Source: an uncultured virus (IMG/VR IMGVR_UViG_3300020460_001007)
Lineage: Duplodnaviria; Heunggongvirae; Uroviricota; Caudoviricetes
Virus record (IMG/VR): IMGVR_UViG_3300020460_001007
Direction: 5' to 3' (one strand)
Length of the DNA: 20,000 nt
Shown here: one piece after another, positions 9,531 through 18,640 of the stretch
Layout: each line of letters starts with the position of its first letter
Position numbering within the stretch: the first letter of the stretch is position 1
Made by a program: the position numbers and the translations under genes
The notes under the pieces: generated by a model
Told to the model about the DNA's origin: nothing
The model's input: the letters and a program-made list of their open reading frames with translations, nothing else
The model's database searches: none

Positions 9531-10874
9531 ATGAGTAAATATGTTGATGATGTAATTAAAAAAGTTGAGGAAAAAAACCACTCCGAACCGGTATTCATTC
9601 AAGCAGTAAACGAAGTGTATTCAAGTTTACATTCAGTAATGGATAAACATTCCGATTTTAGAAAAGCAAATCTTCTTGAACGATTGGCAGAACCAGAGAA
9701 GCAAATTATATTCAGCATACCTTGGATTGACGAAATCGGAAACGTTCATGTTAATCGTGGATATAGAGTTCAGTTTAATAGTGTATTGGGACCATACAAA
9801 GGTGGGTTGCGATTCCACCCAAGTGTTAACTTGGGAACAATGAAGTTTCTTGGATTTGAACAAACTTTTAAGAATAGTTTAACAGGTTTGCAAATTGGTG
9901 GAGCAAAGGGGGGAAGTGATTTTGATCCAAACGGAAAAACCGATTTGGAAATTATGAGGTTCTGTCAGTCGTTTATGACAAAACTCCATGATCACCTCGG
10001 TCATAAGACAGATGTACCCGCAGGTGACATAGGAGTCGGATTCAAAGAGATAGGGTATCTGTTCGGTCAGTATAAGGCACTACATAGCAAATATGAACCA
10101 GGACTCATTACTGGTAAAGCACCTGCATGGGGTGGTATTCAAGGTCGCAAGGAAGCAACTGGTTTCGGAACAATTTATTTTGCGGAAGAAATGCTAAAGA
10201 ACCATCACACGGATATCAAAGGAAAAATCATTACTGTTAGTGGGTTCGGTCAAGTATCTTTTGGAGTTGTAAAGAAAGCAGTTGAAATGGGTGCAAAGGT
10301 AGTTACAATATCAGGACCAGACGGATATGTACACATGAAGAATGGTATCAAAAAGAACATGATTCCTTACATGGAAGTTCTTCGTGAATCCAACAAAGAC
10401 ATCGTTAAACCTTTCGCAGAAAAATTCGGAGTGGACTATATCAAGGGCAGAAAACCTTGGGAAGTGCAATGCGATATAGCAATTCCAAGTGCCATCCAAA
10501 ACGAAATTACAGAAAAAGATGCGGAAATGCTCATCGATAATGATTGTAAATTTGTTGTAGAAGCAGCTAATATGCCATGTACAGAGGGTGCTATAAAACT
10601 CTTTAACGACAAATTAGTGGTAGTTGCTCCATCCAAAGCAGTAAACGCAGGTGGAGTGGCAGTATCGGCACTAGAGATGCGTCAGAACGCAGGGTGGGAT
10701 AAGTGGAACTTTGCTCAAGTGGATAATAAACTAAGAACTATAATGAAACAGATACATATTTCATGTCTGAAGCACGCCAGGAAATACGGAACAGAGGGTG
10801 ATTACACGTTGGGAGCAAATGTCGGTGGTTTCCTGCGAGTGGCAAGAGCAGCCATTGCTCATGGAATTATTTAA
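9531..10874 (+). CDS. gdh: Glutamate dehydrogenase, NAD-type signature (Clostridium symbiosum GDH / Bacteroides GdhB-like)
   Basis: YKGG, FKN, GGAKGG and PAGD catalytic motifs intact; coenzyme region GFGQVS (10242-10259) and SGPDGY (from 10311); VVAPSKAVNAGGV; N-terminus MSKYVDDVI. Confidence 0.95.
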   Translation: MSKYVDDVIKKVEEKNHSEPVFIQAVNEVYSSLHSVMDKHSDFRKANLLERLAEPEKQIIFSIPWIDEIGNVHVNRGYRVQFNSVLGPYKGGLRFHPSVNLGTMKFLGFEQTFKNSLTGLQIGGAKGGSDFDPNGKTDLEIMRFCQSFMTKLHDHLGHKTDVPAGDIGVGFKEIGYLFGQYKALHSKYEPGLITGKAPAWGGIQGRKEATGFGTIYFAEEMLKNHHTDIKGKIITVSGFGQVSFGVVKKAVEMGAKVVTISGPDGYVHMKNGIKKNMIPYMEVLRESNKDIVKPFAEKFGVDYIKGRKPWEVQCDIAIPSAIQNEITEKDAEMLIDNDCKFVVEAANMPCTEGAIKLFNDKLVVVAPSKAVNAGGVAVSALEMRQNAGWDKWNFAQVDNKLRTIMKQIHISCLKHARKYGTEGDYTLGANVGGFLRVARAAIAHGII

Positions 10875-11559
10875 GTGGTTTGATGTGATTAATTTTCGGA
10901 ATTGGTAGTGCCTTTTTTTGTGAAATCAAAGCTCCGTCCATTTCTCTTGTAGGATACCATCCGATGGGTTTAATATTTGGAAACCCACGCCTACCTTTAT
11001 CTAAGAATAAAGAAACTCCTGTATTATTTTTGAGAGATATATCAAAAAATATGCGATGTCGTAGATTTACACACGATTCCCTATCCCACACCTTGTCAGT
11101 TTTTGGTATATCGGGATCATATACCAATCGGTATTCAAGCAAAAATGTATTATCAATTTCATAATTTGTAAGTATTTTAACTACACTTGAGTTGAATACA
11201 ACATCTCGGAGTTTTTTGCTATTTTTTAATCTTTTAATATGGTCTTTCCATGTACCAGATATGCCGTTGATTGTGGCATATTTGGTGTCCAGTGCATCCT
11301 CAAAGGAATACATAACATCTACACTATCCCACTCAACCTGCCTATGCAATTCCGGTGTAATATTTAGAAGGTCAAGTGTCCATAAATTTATACACATTTC
11401 CGAATCACCTGCTTTTATATACAAATACTTTAACCAAAATGTGTCATTACCATCGACAGAGTCTCCGTCTGCATATGATAACCACGAATTCATAACAAAC
11501 CGGTTGTCTGCCGAAAGATTGTCTAATAAGACATAGGGTCCTGGACGAAAATGTGACAT
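10867..11559 (-). CDS. Hypothetical protein (230 aa)
   Basis: Long ORF with plausible composition; 8-nt convergent overlap with the second gdh; no motif recognised. Confidence 0.7.
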   Translation of the reverse strand: MSHFRPGPYVLLDNLSADNRFVMNSWLSYADGDSVDGNDTFWLKYLYIKAGDSEMCINLWTLDLLNITPELHRQVEWDSVDVMYSFEDALDTKYATINGISGTWKDHIKRLKNSKKLRDVVFNSSVVKILTNYEIDNTFLLEYRLVYDPDIPKTDKVWDRESCVNLRHRIFFDISLKNNTGVSLFLDKGRRGFPNIKPIGWYPTREMDGALISQKKALPIPKINHIKPLK

Positions 11560-11562
11560 ACT

Positions 11563-11937
11563 CTATTTAAGTTTGGCAATTAAATCGGGTTCTTCTTTCC
11601 GCACAACTTTCATAATAGAATCTGGTACATGTACCATAGAATCGGTCATAAATAAATAATCCTCGACAACAGGCTTTTTATATGACATAAATCCAATCGA
11701 TTTTTGTGTCACACTAATAACTTTCAGTGGCATAAGTCTACCATAAATTCCTTTTGTATGCGAAAGCTTGGACTTGGTTGCAGTAGACCTAGCCTCTTGC
11801 AACCCCACAAGAGTCCAACTTAAACAGGCACTCAAAGTGTCGGCATAATGTTCAGCAATAAAGTCATCTTCGACAATTATAATTTCGGCCTTATATAGTT
11901 TTTTCTTGAATATTTTCGCAAGGTAACGTTTAATCAT
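11563..11937 (-). CDS. Hypothetical protein (124 aa)
   Basis: ATG preceded by TATATTTATATAC; ends 3 nt before the next start. Confidence 0.7.
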   Translation of the reverse strand: MIKRYLAKIFKKKLYKAEIIIVEDDFIAEHYADTLSACLSWTLVGLQEARSTATKSKLSHTKGIYGRLMPLKVISVTQKSIGFMSYKKPVVEDYLFMTDSMVHVPDSIMKVVRKEEPDLIAKLK

Positions 11938-12088
11938 GTATATAAATATATCAACATATGTGAATATTACAATGAATAATTTTATAAAACCAAGAAATTA
12001 TATTCAAATAAACCCACTATATATAGTTCCATATATATTAGTGATGTTTGGCATATATGCATCATATATGTTAATTAAAGGAATTATA

Positions 12089-12101
12089 TATATTTATATA
12101 C
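12089..12101 (+). promoter_or_regulatory. TATATTTATATAC element upstream of dnaJ
   Basis: Third exact copy of the 13-mer, ending 18 nt before the dnaJ ATG. Confidence 0.55.
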
Positions 12102-12119
12102 ACATAACTGCTAAATAAA

Positions 12120-13175
12120 ATGAAAGACGATTATTACGATTTACTTGGAGTAGCAAAAAGTGCAACTCAGGAGGAACTTAAAAAGGCATATAGAAAATTG
12201 GCAATTAAGTGGCATCCAGATAAAAACAAAGACAATCCAGATGCCGAAGAAAAATTTAAGAAAATTTCGGAAGCATATGAAATATTATCGGATGAAGACA
12301 AACGTTCAAAATATGATCAGTTCGGACATTCGGCATTTTCCGGAAATTCCGGAGGTCATGGTGGATTTCATTCCAATCCATTTGACATATTTAATAGTTT
12401 CTTCGGAGGATCGGCAGGTGGCACATTTTCTTCTTTTTTTGGAAATGATCAAGGTCAACAAACAAAAAAAAGTGCAAGTCTACAGGTAGCAATTGAAGTT
12501 CCCTTAAAAAACTTAGTCAATGAAACGGAAAGGGAACTTAAATACAACAAACATATACATTGTAAATCATGTAATGGGTCAGGTGAAACCTCACAGACAA
12601 CAACCTCGGTCTGCCCGCAATGTAATGGTAAAGGAGCAGTATTTAGGCAAATGGGAATAATGCAAGTTCAACAACAATGCCCCAAGTGCTCAGGGACTGG
12701 CCAGACAATTACAAATCCATGTCAACCCTGTAAAGGTCGTGGGGTGGTACAAGATAGAATAAATATCAAAATAAAAATACCCAAAGGGGCACACACTGGA
12801 ACAAGATTAAAAATTGCAAATGCAGGAAATGCAATTAAAGGAGGAGTATCTGGAGATTTGTATGTTACAATTCATGTAATTGACGATCCAAAATTTTCCA
12901 GACAAGGTGATGATATTTTTTCGGAAGAGTTTGTTGATTTTATAGATATGATACTCGGCACTAAAAAAACAATTCAATCTATACGTGGCAATGTCAACAT
13001 AACGATACCTTCATTAACTCAATCCGATGCTATCTTAAATGTAAAATCTCAAGGACTTCCTAATTTAAGGACAAATCACATAGGTGATATGTATGTTACA
13101 TTGAGAACTAAAATTCCAAAAACTTTATCACACGAACAGAAAAGCATATTGGAATTATATAAAAAATCTAAATAA
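12120..13175 (+). CDS. dnaJ: Molecular chaperone DnaJ (type I)
   Basis: J-domain DYYDLLGV...HPDKN, G/F-rich region with DIF motif, four CXXCXGXG repeats ([32 protein letters not shown]), C-terminal GDLYV/GDMYV. Confidence 0.98.
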   Translation: MKDDYYDLLGVAKSATQEELKKAYRKLAIKWHPDKNKDNPDAEEKFKKISEAYEILSDEDKRSKYDQFGHSAFSGNSGGHGGFHSNPFDIFNSFFGGSAGGTFSSFFGNDQGQQTKKSASLQVAIEVPLKNLVNETERELKYNKHIHCKSCNGSGETSQTTTSVCPQCNGKGAVFRQMGIMQVQQQCPKCSGTGQTITNPCQPCKGRGVVQDRINIKIKIPKGAHTGTRLKIANAGNAIKGGVSGDLYVTIHVIDDPKFSRQGDDIFSEEFVDFIDMILGTKKTIQSIRGNVNITIPSLTQSDAILNVKSQGLPNLRTNHIGDMYVTLRTKIPKTLSHEQKSILELYKKSK

Positions 13176-13484
13176 TTATTTTTTTCGTTTTCTCGGACCG
13201 AAGTTTCTAATTGGTTGTGCTTTGTTCGACGATTCGTATGATTTTTTATGCTTAAGACGATATATTATACGCCCTTTGGTGAAATCATACTTACTAAGTT
13301 CAACAAGCACTCTATCCCCTATGGTTAATTTAATAAAATGTTGTTTTAACTTTCCAGCAAGAACACACAGAAGAGTTTTTTTATTTTCTCCAAATTCAAG
13401 TTCAACATCAAACATAGTACCAGGAAGGAGTTTTTTGACAACACCTTCAACTTCTACGATATCCGGATTATTTTTACGAGACAT
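13176..13484 (-). CDS. infA: Translation initiation factor IF-1 with a basic C-terminal extension
   Basis: IVEVEGVVKKLLPGTMFDVEL...LAGKLKQHFIKLTIGDRVLVELSKYDFTKGRIIYR matches the IF-1 OB fold. Confidence 0.93.
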   Translation of the reverse strand: MSRKNNPDIVEVEGVVKKLLPGTMFDVELEFGENKKTLLCVLAGKLKQHFIKLTIGDRVLVELSKYDFTKGRIIYRLKHKKSYESSNKAQPIRNFGPRKRKK

Positions 13485-13489
13485 TTTGA

Positions 13490-14131
13490 TTATTGTGCAA
13501 TAATTTCATCAACCAATCCATACTTCAAGCACGTCTTGGCATCCCACCAAAGATCGTGTTTTAAAATTTGATCCATTTTCGTCTTTGGTACTTTCGTCTT
13601 TGTTTCGTAAATTTCTTTGATTCGTTTCATAAGATTTTCACTGTTTACCATGTCATCTTGCAATTCAGAGAACTTCCCCCAGTGCTGAGAACTCAGTTGG
13701 TGAATTAGCATATATGAATTTTCGGTAATATATCGTTTTGCACCACATACACTCATTATTGTACCTGCACTGGCCGCACATCCATCAATGTATGTATATA
13801 CGGGTGCCTTTGAGGTCATGATATAATCGATACTTCCAAATGCAGCGAATACACTACCACCGTAACTATTAATTCTAAGATGTAGTGGTGGAATAATGGG
13901 CATATTCAACTTAATGGAAAGCATTTGCATTTCACGGTCCATGTGGGAAAGTTTATGATTTAATTTAAAGTTTTCTTTTAGAGTCACGGAACTATAGAAG
14001 TATATGATGTTATCATCACCCTCAACCGTGTCCATCGTACCCGCATCACCCGCACGTGCTTTCTTTTTCTTTACAACTTTTTTTGGAGAAACATCTCCAC
14101 CGTCATCTATATTATATTTCCAGTCAAACAT
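13490..14131 (-). CDS. clpP: ClpP-like (S14) serine protease
   Basis: INSYGGSV, catalytic Ser in AASAG, His in LIHQ, Asp in HDLWW, C-terminal YGLVDEII. ATG 14131 (1 nt after the upstream stop) preferred over 14197/14191, which overlap the upstream gene. Confidence 0.88.
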   Translation of the reverse strand: MFDWKYNIDDGGDVSPKKVVKKKKARAGDAGTMDTVEGDDNIIYFYSSVTLKENFKLNHKLSHMDREMQMLSIKLNMPIIPPLHLRINSYGGSVFAAFGSIDYIMTSKAPVYTYIDGCAASAGTIMSVCGAKRYITENSYMLIHQLSSQHWGKFSELQDDMVNSENLMKRIKEIYETKTKVPKTKMDQILKHDLWWDAKTCLKYGLVDEIIAQ

Positions 14132-14132
14132 T

Positions 14133-14348
14133 TTATCGTATTCTTTTTGGCTTATCGGTTTTGACAATTGCCACCTTGGAACGTGGGTCATATTCACGGC
14201 AGATTCTAATCCAATAATCTGCTTCTAGTCTAGCATCATGTTCAGATGTGAAGTTTCTATCGGAAGTTCTACGAGTGTCACGTGTAACTACGAACACTGT
14301 TTCCGATTCATTTCCATTCTTTTTGTAATATTGGTTGTTATTTTTCAT
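14133..14348 (-). CDS. Hypothetical protein (71 aa, MKNNNQYY...)
   Basis: ATG at 14348, preceded by (AT)6, avoids overlap with rIIB; tightly coupled to clpP. Confidence 0.65.
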   Translation of the reverse strand: MKNNNQYYKKNGNESETVFVVTRDTRRTSDRNFTSEHDARLEADYWIRICREYDPRSKVAIVKTDKPKRIR

Positions 14349-14361
14349 ATATATATATATT

Positions 14362-15654
14362 TTAGTTATTATTTGGGAGAATGATATGTGAAGATGACTT
14401 GATATCAATGACACTCTCTTCATCTAAATCATCATCGTTCTCGTCCGATTTTTTTTCCAGTACAATTTCCGCCGGTGGGTTAGGTAGTTTATCCGACTCG
14501 ACGGAGTCGACCGAATTTTTTGAAGGGGTTTGCTTTTTATCATATCCGTATGTATTGTTATACATGGCATTGACCATTTCCAAATCTACTTCCGACTCGT
14601 CAGAGTCGACAGAATTTTTTTTCAGAGGGTTATCGGTGCTTTGCCGGACACATCCAGCAAGAATAGATTCACTTCTACGAGGGTCATCAAAGTCAATAAG
14701 ACCTTCACACGGATTGCCAGGTTCACCTTCTACACCTCGTTCCGAGTAAAGATTGGAATCATCGTGACCTTCTTCATCTTCACATTCTCCGTGGGTGTCC
14801 CAATCAAATTCATCATAGTCCTCGTCATTATATTCATTACCTTCATCATCGTAAAAATAGTCATCGACCTCGGCCGAAAACACACCATCGGAATCATAAT
14901 AAACGGGTGCTTCATACTTAGGAACTAAATCAAATGGATTTTCAATTTCTTCGTGGACAACATAACGATAGACACGAACCTTTTGACGATTGCTATCTTC
15001 GGGTACACTAACAACATCCGATGGATTGACCTTCACGGTTACAAGTCGGTCACCATTAAGGTTACCTTCTTCGTCTTGAGAAAAGTTTCCGTAACAACGA
15101 ACATACTCAATGCTACCACAATGAAGTCCACTTGAACAATGAAGTTTAGGGTCAGCAGTTACTTCTTCATAAGGCATCTTAACCTTTTCACCGACCTTAT
15201 TGGAAATCGTTCCAGTATACTTGTCGGTATAATCACGTTTAATTGCCTTGTAAGCAAGGAAGCATCCATCTTCGGTGATAGGAAGGTTCTCATGCTCCAA
15301 GAAGGTATAAAGTTGGTCTATGCTACCTTCAGAGGGATTGTCCATAAGATTGACGAGGAAGTTCAGCATAGGTTTTGCTTCATCTCCGTTGTGAATCATT
15401 TCCACGATACGTTGCGTAAGAACATTGTGAACAATCGTTCCGTTGTAAATAAGATTATCTCCATCAACCGCAATCAGTCCATTGGAGAATTCCTTGTATC
15501 CGTTTTTGACATCAAGAAGTTCCTCAACTTCGAGGAAATTTTTTTGAAGCAATGCTTTCTTAATCTTGTAAAAATTAGGATGAGATTTGCCGACAACGGA
15601 CGGACCCGTTTCGGAAATTAGAGTAATAGTTGAGTCGGTTATGATACTTTGCAT
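14362..15654 (-). CDS. rIIB-like protein with a long acidic C-terminal tail
   Basis: FLVNLMDNPS...QLYTFLEHENLPITEDGCFLAYK...DKYTGTISNKVG...CSSGLH...VKVNPSDVVSVP is the rIIB-family core; rIIA-like gene upstream. Start at ATG 15654 avoids overlap. Confidence 0.85.
   Translation of the reverse strand: MQSIITDSTITLISETGPSVVGKSHPNFYKIKKALLQKNFLEVEELLDVKNGYKEFSNGLIAVDGDNLIYNGTIVHNVLTQRIVEMIHNGDEAKPMLNFLVNLMDNPSEGSIDQLYTFLEHENLPITEDGCFLAYKAIKRDYTDKYTGTISNKVGEKVKMPYEEVTADPKLHCSSGLHCGSIEYVRCYGNFSQDEEGNLNGDRLVTVKVNPSDVVSVPEDSNRQKVRVYRYVVHEEIENPFDLVPKYEAPVYYDSDGVFSAEVDDYFYDDEGNEYNDEDYDEFDWDTHGECEDEEGHDDSNLYSERGVEGEPGNPCEGLIDFDDPRRSESILAGCVRQSTDNPLKKNSVDSDESEVDLEMVNAMYNNTYGYDKKQTPSKNSVDSVESDKLPNPPAEIVLEKKSDENDDDLDEESVIDIKSSSHIILPNNN
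14492..14619. repeat. Two 29-bp near-identical repeats 99 bp apart within the rIIB tail, each containing CGACTC-N4-GAGTCG
   Basis: 14492-14520 versus 14591-14619, 3 mismatches; encode KNSVDSVES and KNSVDSDES. Confidence 0.85.
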
Positions 15655-15670
15655 TTTCTTTTCTTTCTTT

Positions 15671-15883
15671 TTAGGATTCTTCAAGTGGTGGAAGACCGTG
15701 CCTCGCACGACTTCTATTTTTATTTTTAACTTGTGCCCGATACATTTTTGGTGTAACCATTGTTCCGTAAATGCCCTTTCTCAAAGGACCAGAACTTCGA
15801 CCGGATTTTTTTGCAATGGTGTAAAGTTTTGCTTGAGTTTCTTTAGAAGGTAGTCGTTCTTCGGGTTTTCCCTTTTTACTCAT
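15671..15883 (-). CDS. Small basic hypothetical protein (70 aa)
   Basis: GGAGGT SD upstream; ATGA overlap with the upstream ORF; Lys/Arg-rich. Confidence 0.75.
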   Translation of the reverse strand: MSKKGKPEERLPSKETQAKLYTIAKKSGRSSGPLRKGIYGTMVTPKMYRAQVKNKNRSRARHGLPPLEES

Positions 15884-16011
15884 TGATTACCTCCGTTCTT
15901 ATCACGGGTTTCTTCAATTTTAACATACTTGTACTTTTTTGCAAGTTTTGCTTGCTTTCCCATACCGAACTTCTTCTTGAGTCGGTGCTTCCAATGTTGA
16001 GATGCTTTCAT
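15880..16011 (-). CDS. Small basic hypothetical protein (43 aa) not in the ORF track: MKASQHWKHRLKKKFGMGKQAKLAKKYKYVKIEETRDKNGGNQ
   Basis: Translated by hand. Preceded by a sigma70 promoter and AGGA-ATATATAT-AATT-ATG; its TGA overlaps the next ATG. Confidence 0.7.
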   Translation of the reverse strand: MKASQHWKHRLKKKFGMGKQAKLAKKYKYVKIEETRDKNGGNQ

Positions 16012-16049
16012 AATTATATATATTCCTTTTAGTTAAATTTAATATTATA

Positions 16050-16078
16050 ATAATACTTGATTTGATGTCTTTCGTCAA
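16050..16078 (-). promoter_or_regulatory. Sigma70-type promoter TTGACG-N17-TATTAT with A-tract UP element
   Basis: -35 at 16078-16073, -10 at 16055-16050, A8 tract just upstream. Confidence 0.7.
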
Positions 16079-16079
16079 C

Positions 16080-16111
16080 TTTTTTTTAATTCCATTCGGA
16101 ATCAAAAAAAA
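16080..16111 (-). other. Inverted repeat/hairpin downstream of rIIA
   Basis: Minus strand T8-G-ATTCC-GAAT-GGAAT-T-A8 gives a 14-bp stem with one G.U pair. No following U-tract, so not a canonical intrinsic terminator. Confidence 0.5.
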
Positions 16112-16142
16112 CTTTCCTTAGACTTGTTAGTATTCATTGACA

Positions 16143-18413
16143 TTATTTCTTTGTGGAATTTATCAATTCCATGTATTCCACAAGATTCTTCATAGAGTCT
16201 TTCCAGTTACCAGTGTCTCCCAAAGCACCTCCCATAAACCTTACCATAGGATATTCCTTGGAAAGCATATAACGAGTGTCCTTGAGGTCGTATGATACCT
16301 TAGAGTCAAAGAACTTTGTAAGATTTGGAGAATCCATACACCCACGACTCAAGAATTGAGCAATCATTCTCAAATCGTCAACGAGAGAGTTATCCTCATC
16401 GGTAATTTCAGAAGATGCAGTATTGTTGATTCCAATGATTCTACGAATCTTGAAAAGTTCCTTTACCAATTCATCGTTATCCGATTCCTTGAGCAGAATG
16501 CAGACCTTCTTAAACACACGATTGTTTATAAGAGTAGAAACCATCTTGTAGGAATCATGAGTCTTGAAGTGAAAAAACTTCTTTGACACGACACTTTGAT
16601 ATACCTTGTTGGATTTGTTCTTGAAAGTTTCCACAATAAAATCGGAAATCACATCAAATACGTTCTTGAAATTAGGATACTTATGCAACCGTTTGGTTTT
16701 ACCAACCTTAATTCCGTAAATCTTAACACCATCTTTCTTGTCAAGAACATTGCCCAAAAGACTATGCAACGAACGATTTGTATACTCGTTATCGTTTTGT
16801 ACAATTTTCCAATTCTTAATAGGTACGTAATACACAACCTTCTTAGAGTCTAACGTCAATTCTTCTTCGTTGTCCCAATTACCACGTGCGTTATACCACC
16901 ATGAGTCACCAGTTAGTTCATGACCAAGTATCGTTCCCTTGCTTGCAGTAGAGTGGTTGTAAGACCTCGTAGGTTTCTCCAATTCGGAAGTCTTGCGAAC
17001 CTTAGAAGGATACCCAATAAGTTTAAGATACTTACGTTCCTTGTTGGTGAACTTATCAAACATAAGAACAACCTTTCCTTGATTCTCACGAACATAATGA
17101 TTTACACGACTAACACTTCCAGTCGGAAGGTCATTTTGAAAGAATTCAAGTTCAGTATCAAATGGAATGATTCCATGCACCTCACTTCTACGATTAACTT
17201 TGTCCGCACCACGATACCGATTCCTCTTGGGATAACCCAACCAAAACAAACGATAGTCCATTTTTTCAAGATTAGGATTCTTGTCGGCATCACCGAAACG
17301 TTCGGAAACCTTCATGCCATTCCATGTAAGTTGTTCAGTCCACTTGAAATGACCAATGCTACCATTCCCCACGTCTCGGTCAAAGTCACTAAAGTATTCT
17401 TCGGTATAACCAATCATTGAGTTAAACAAAAGTCGTGCATCCCAAAAGTTCTCACACTTATTTAATTGGTCATTCATAATATCCTTAATTTCGTTGTAAA
17501 CACGTTCAACGAAATTAACCATATATTCACGACCTTCACTTGTCCAACCGATTTCTTCCCGACTTGCCGTAACATCCAAGTCTCCGATGGGAACACGAAA
17601 CACAATGTTGTTTACCAACCTACGATACTCGTAAGTTTCATTCCAACTATACTTCTTTTCAAAAGCATCATCAATATCAGAGAAGTTAAAAGGATAAGCA
17701 ACATTACCCATAAGAATAATGGAATCGGAATAACCGAGTTGCTTGTCTACGTAATACCAACCGTTTCCTTCAAGAACCTTGGTTGGAATTTTAACTTCTT
17801 CCTTAGTTGCACCAATGGTAAGATTAGGAGTTACGTCAAAATAACCAAGAGTCTCTTGTGCAGACTCACGAAGTTTATCATAAGTGTTTGCTTCGGTAGG
17901 AGTAAACTTAACTTCAGTACCAGAGGGTTCGTCAGTATCTTCTTCAGAAATAATGGAAAAGTTGGGGACATCCTCGTCCAAATAGTTGATAACCGTAGTT
18001 TTCTTACCATCCTTCACACTAGTTACGGTAAATGCGTCACTAAGAGTAAAAGGAGTTTTGCTTCCCAGCCCCATGCAGCCGACAAAGTCGTTGCTATGAG
18101 TTTTGTTGCTATCAAAGTAAGTGGTGTAAGTGGTTTCAAGCTCTTGCTTGCTCATGCCAATGCCATAATCCCTAATAGCAAACCACGGTTCTGCCACACT
18201 AGGCAGGTGTACGTCAAAAGGGGCATCGGCATTACCATTGGCAACATGGGCATCATAAGCATTGGTGCTTAGTTCCCTAATGGGAGCTTTTATTTTGTCA
18301 CTATATAAACCATCACTTAATATCTTAAATGCCTTTGCTGATGCTTTGATTGAATACTGAGTAGTATTGCTTAATGTATTGCTTACTACGTTTGGATTGG
18401 TTTTAACCTGCAT
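16143..18413 (-). CDS. rIIA-like protein (N-terminal GHKL/Hsp90-like ATPase domain)
   Basis: LSDGLYSDKIKAPIRELSTNAYDAH, IRDYGIGMS, GCMGLGSKTPF, GTEV, MGNVAYP, IGDLDVTASRE; 756 aa; upstream of the rIIB-like gene. Confidence 0.88.
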   Translation of the reverse strand: MQVKTNPNVVSNTLSNTTQYSIKASAKAFKILSDGLYSDKIKAPIRELSTNAYDAHVANGNADAPFDVHLPSVAEPWFAIRDYGIGMSKQELETTYTTYFDSNKTHSNDFVGCMGLGSKTPFTLSDAFTVTSVKDGKKTTVINYLDEDVPNFSIISEEDTDEPSGTEVKFTPTEANTYDKLRESAQETLGYFDVTPNLTIGATKEEVKIPTKVLEGNGWYYVDKQLGYSDSIILMGNVAYPFNFSDIDDAFEKKYSWNETYEYRRLVNNIVFRVPIGDLDVTASREEIGWTSEGREYMVNFVERVYNEIKDIMNDQLNKCENFWDARLLFNSMIGYTEEYFSDFDRDVGNGSIGHFKWTEQLTWNGMKVSERFGDADKNPNLEKMDYRLFWLGYPKRNRYRGADKVNRRSEVHGIIPFDTELEFFQNDLPTGSVSRVNHYVRENQGKVVLMFDKFTNKERKYLKLIGYPSKVRKTSELEKPTRSYNHSTASKGTILGHELTGDSWWYNARGNWDNEEELTLDSKKVVYYVPIKNWKIVQNDNEYTNRSLHSLLGNVLDKKDGVKIYGIKVGKTKRLHKYPNFKNVFDVISDFIVETFKNKSNKVYQSVVSKKFFHFKTHDSYKMVSTLINNRVFKKVCILLKESDNDELVKELFKIRRIIGINNTASSEITDEDNSLVDDLRMIAQFLSRGCMDSPNLTKFFDSKVSYDLKDTRYMLSKEYPMVRFMGGALGDTGNWKDSMKNLVEYMELINSTKK

Positions 18414-18540
18414 AATAGATGTTAGTTGATGTAATATATGTTAGTGGTTTAATACAGTCTGAATAAGGACTACGATTTATTATAGTTATATTATAGTTAT
18501 TTTGAAAATGGATTTCTATATCTCTCTCAATTATGTTATA

Positions 18541-18569
18541 AGACTACCACAGATGGGGATAGACGTCAA
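18541..18569 (-). promoter_or_regulatory. Sigma70-type (early) promoter for rIIA: TTGACG-N17-TAGTCT with extended -10 TG and A-rich UP element
   Basis: -35 at 18569-18564; TGTGG immediately before the -10 at 18546-18541. Confidence 0.65.
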
Positions 18570-18640
18570 CACTTATTTTTATAATTTTTTTATAATCTTG
18601 ATTTATCCTAGTAGGAACGGGAAGGTGTTCCGCAAAATTT

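Noticed and set aside
11936..12118. 60-aa hydrophobic plus-strand ORF (or 48 aa from ATG 11972) before dnaJ
   Set aside because: The Ile/Tyr/Asn composition is what AT-rich intergenic DNA yields, and it spans two regulatory motifs; a small membrane peptide cannot be fully excluded.
15920..16105. 61-aa minus-strand ORF in the track
   Set aside because: Non-ATG start inside a hairpin and spans a promoter; the alternative frame 15880-16011 has better start context and coupling.
16356..18272. Long plus-strand ORFs antisense to rIIA (e.g. 268 aa at 17466-18272) and similar ones opposite dnaK, gdh and rIIB
   Set aside because: Shadow ORFs of well-supported genes, with no motifs or start signals.
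18060..18413. Apparent compositional shift (fewer TC/GAA) in the 5' part of rIIA
   Set aside because: Modest by eye and explainable by the amino-acid content of the ATPase domain; would need k-mer statistics.
18606..18631. Short palindromes TCCTAGTAGGA and GGAAC-N8-GTTCC downstream of ORF 18641
   Set aside because: Stems of only 5 bp, mutually overlapping, no U-tract; too weak to call a terminator or ncRNA.
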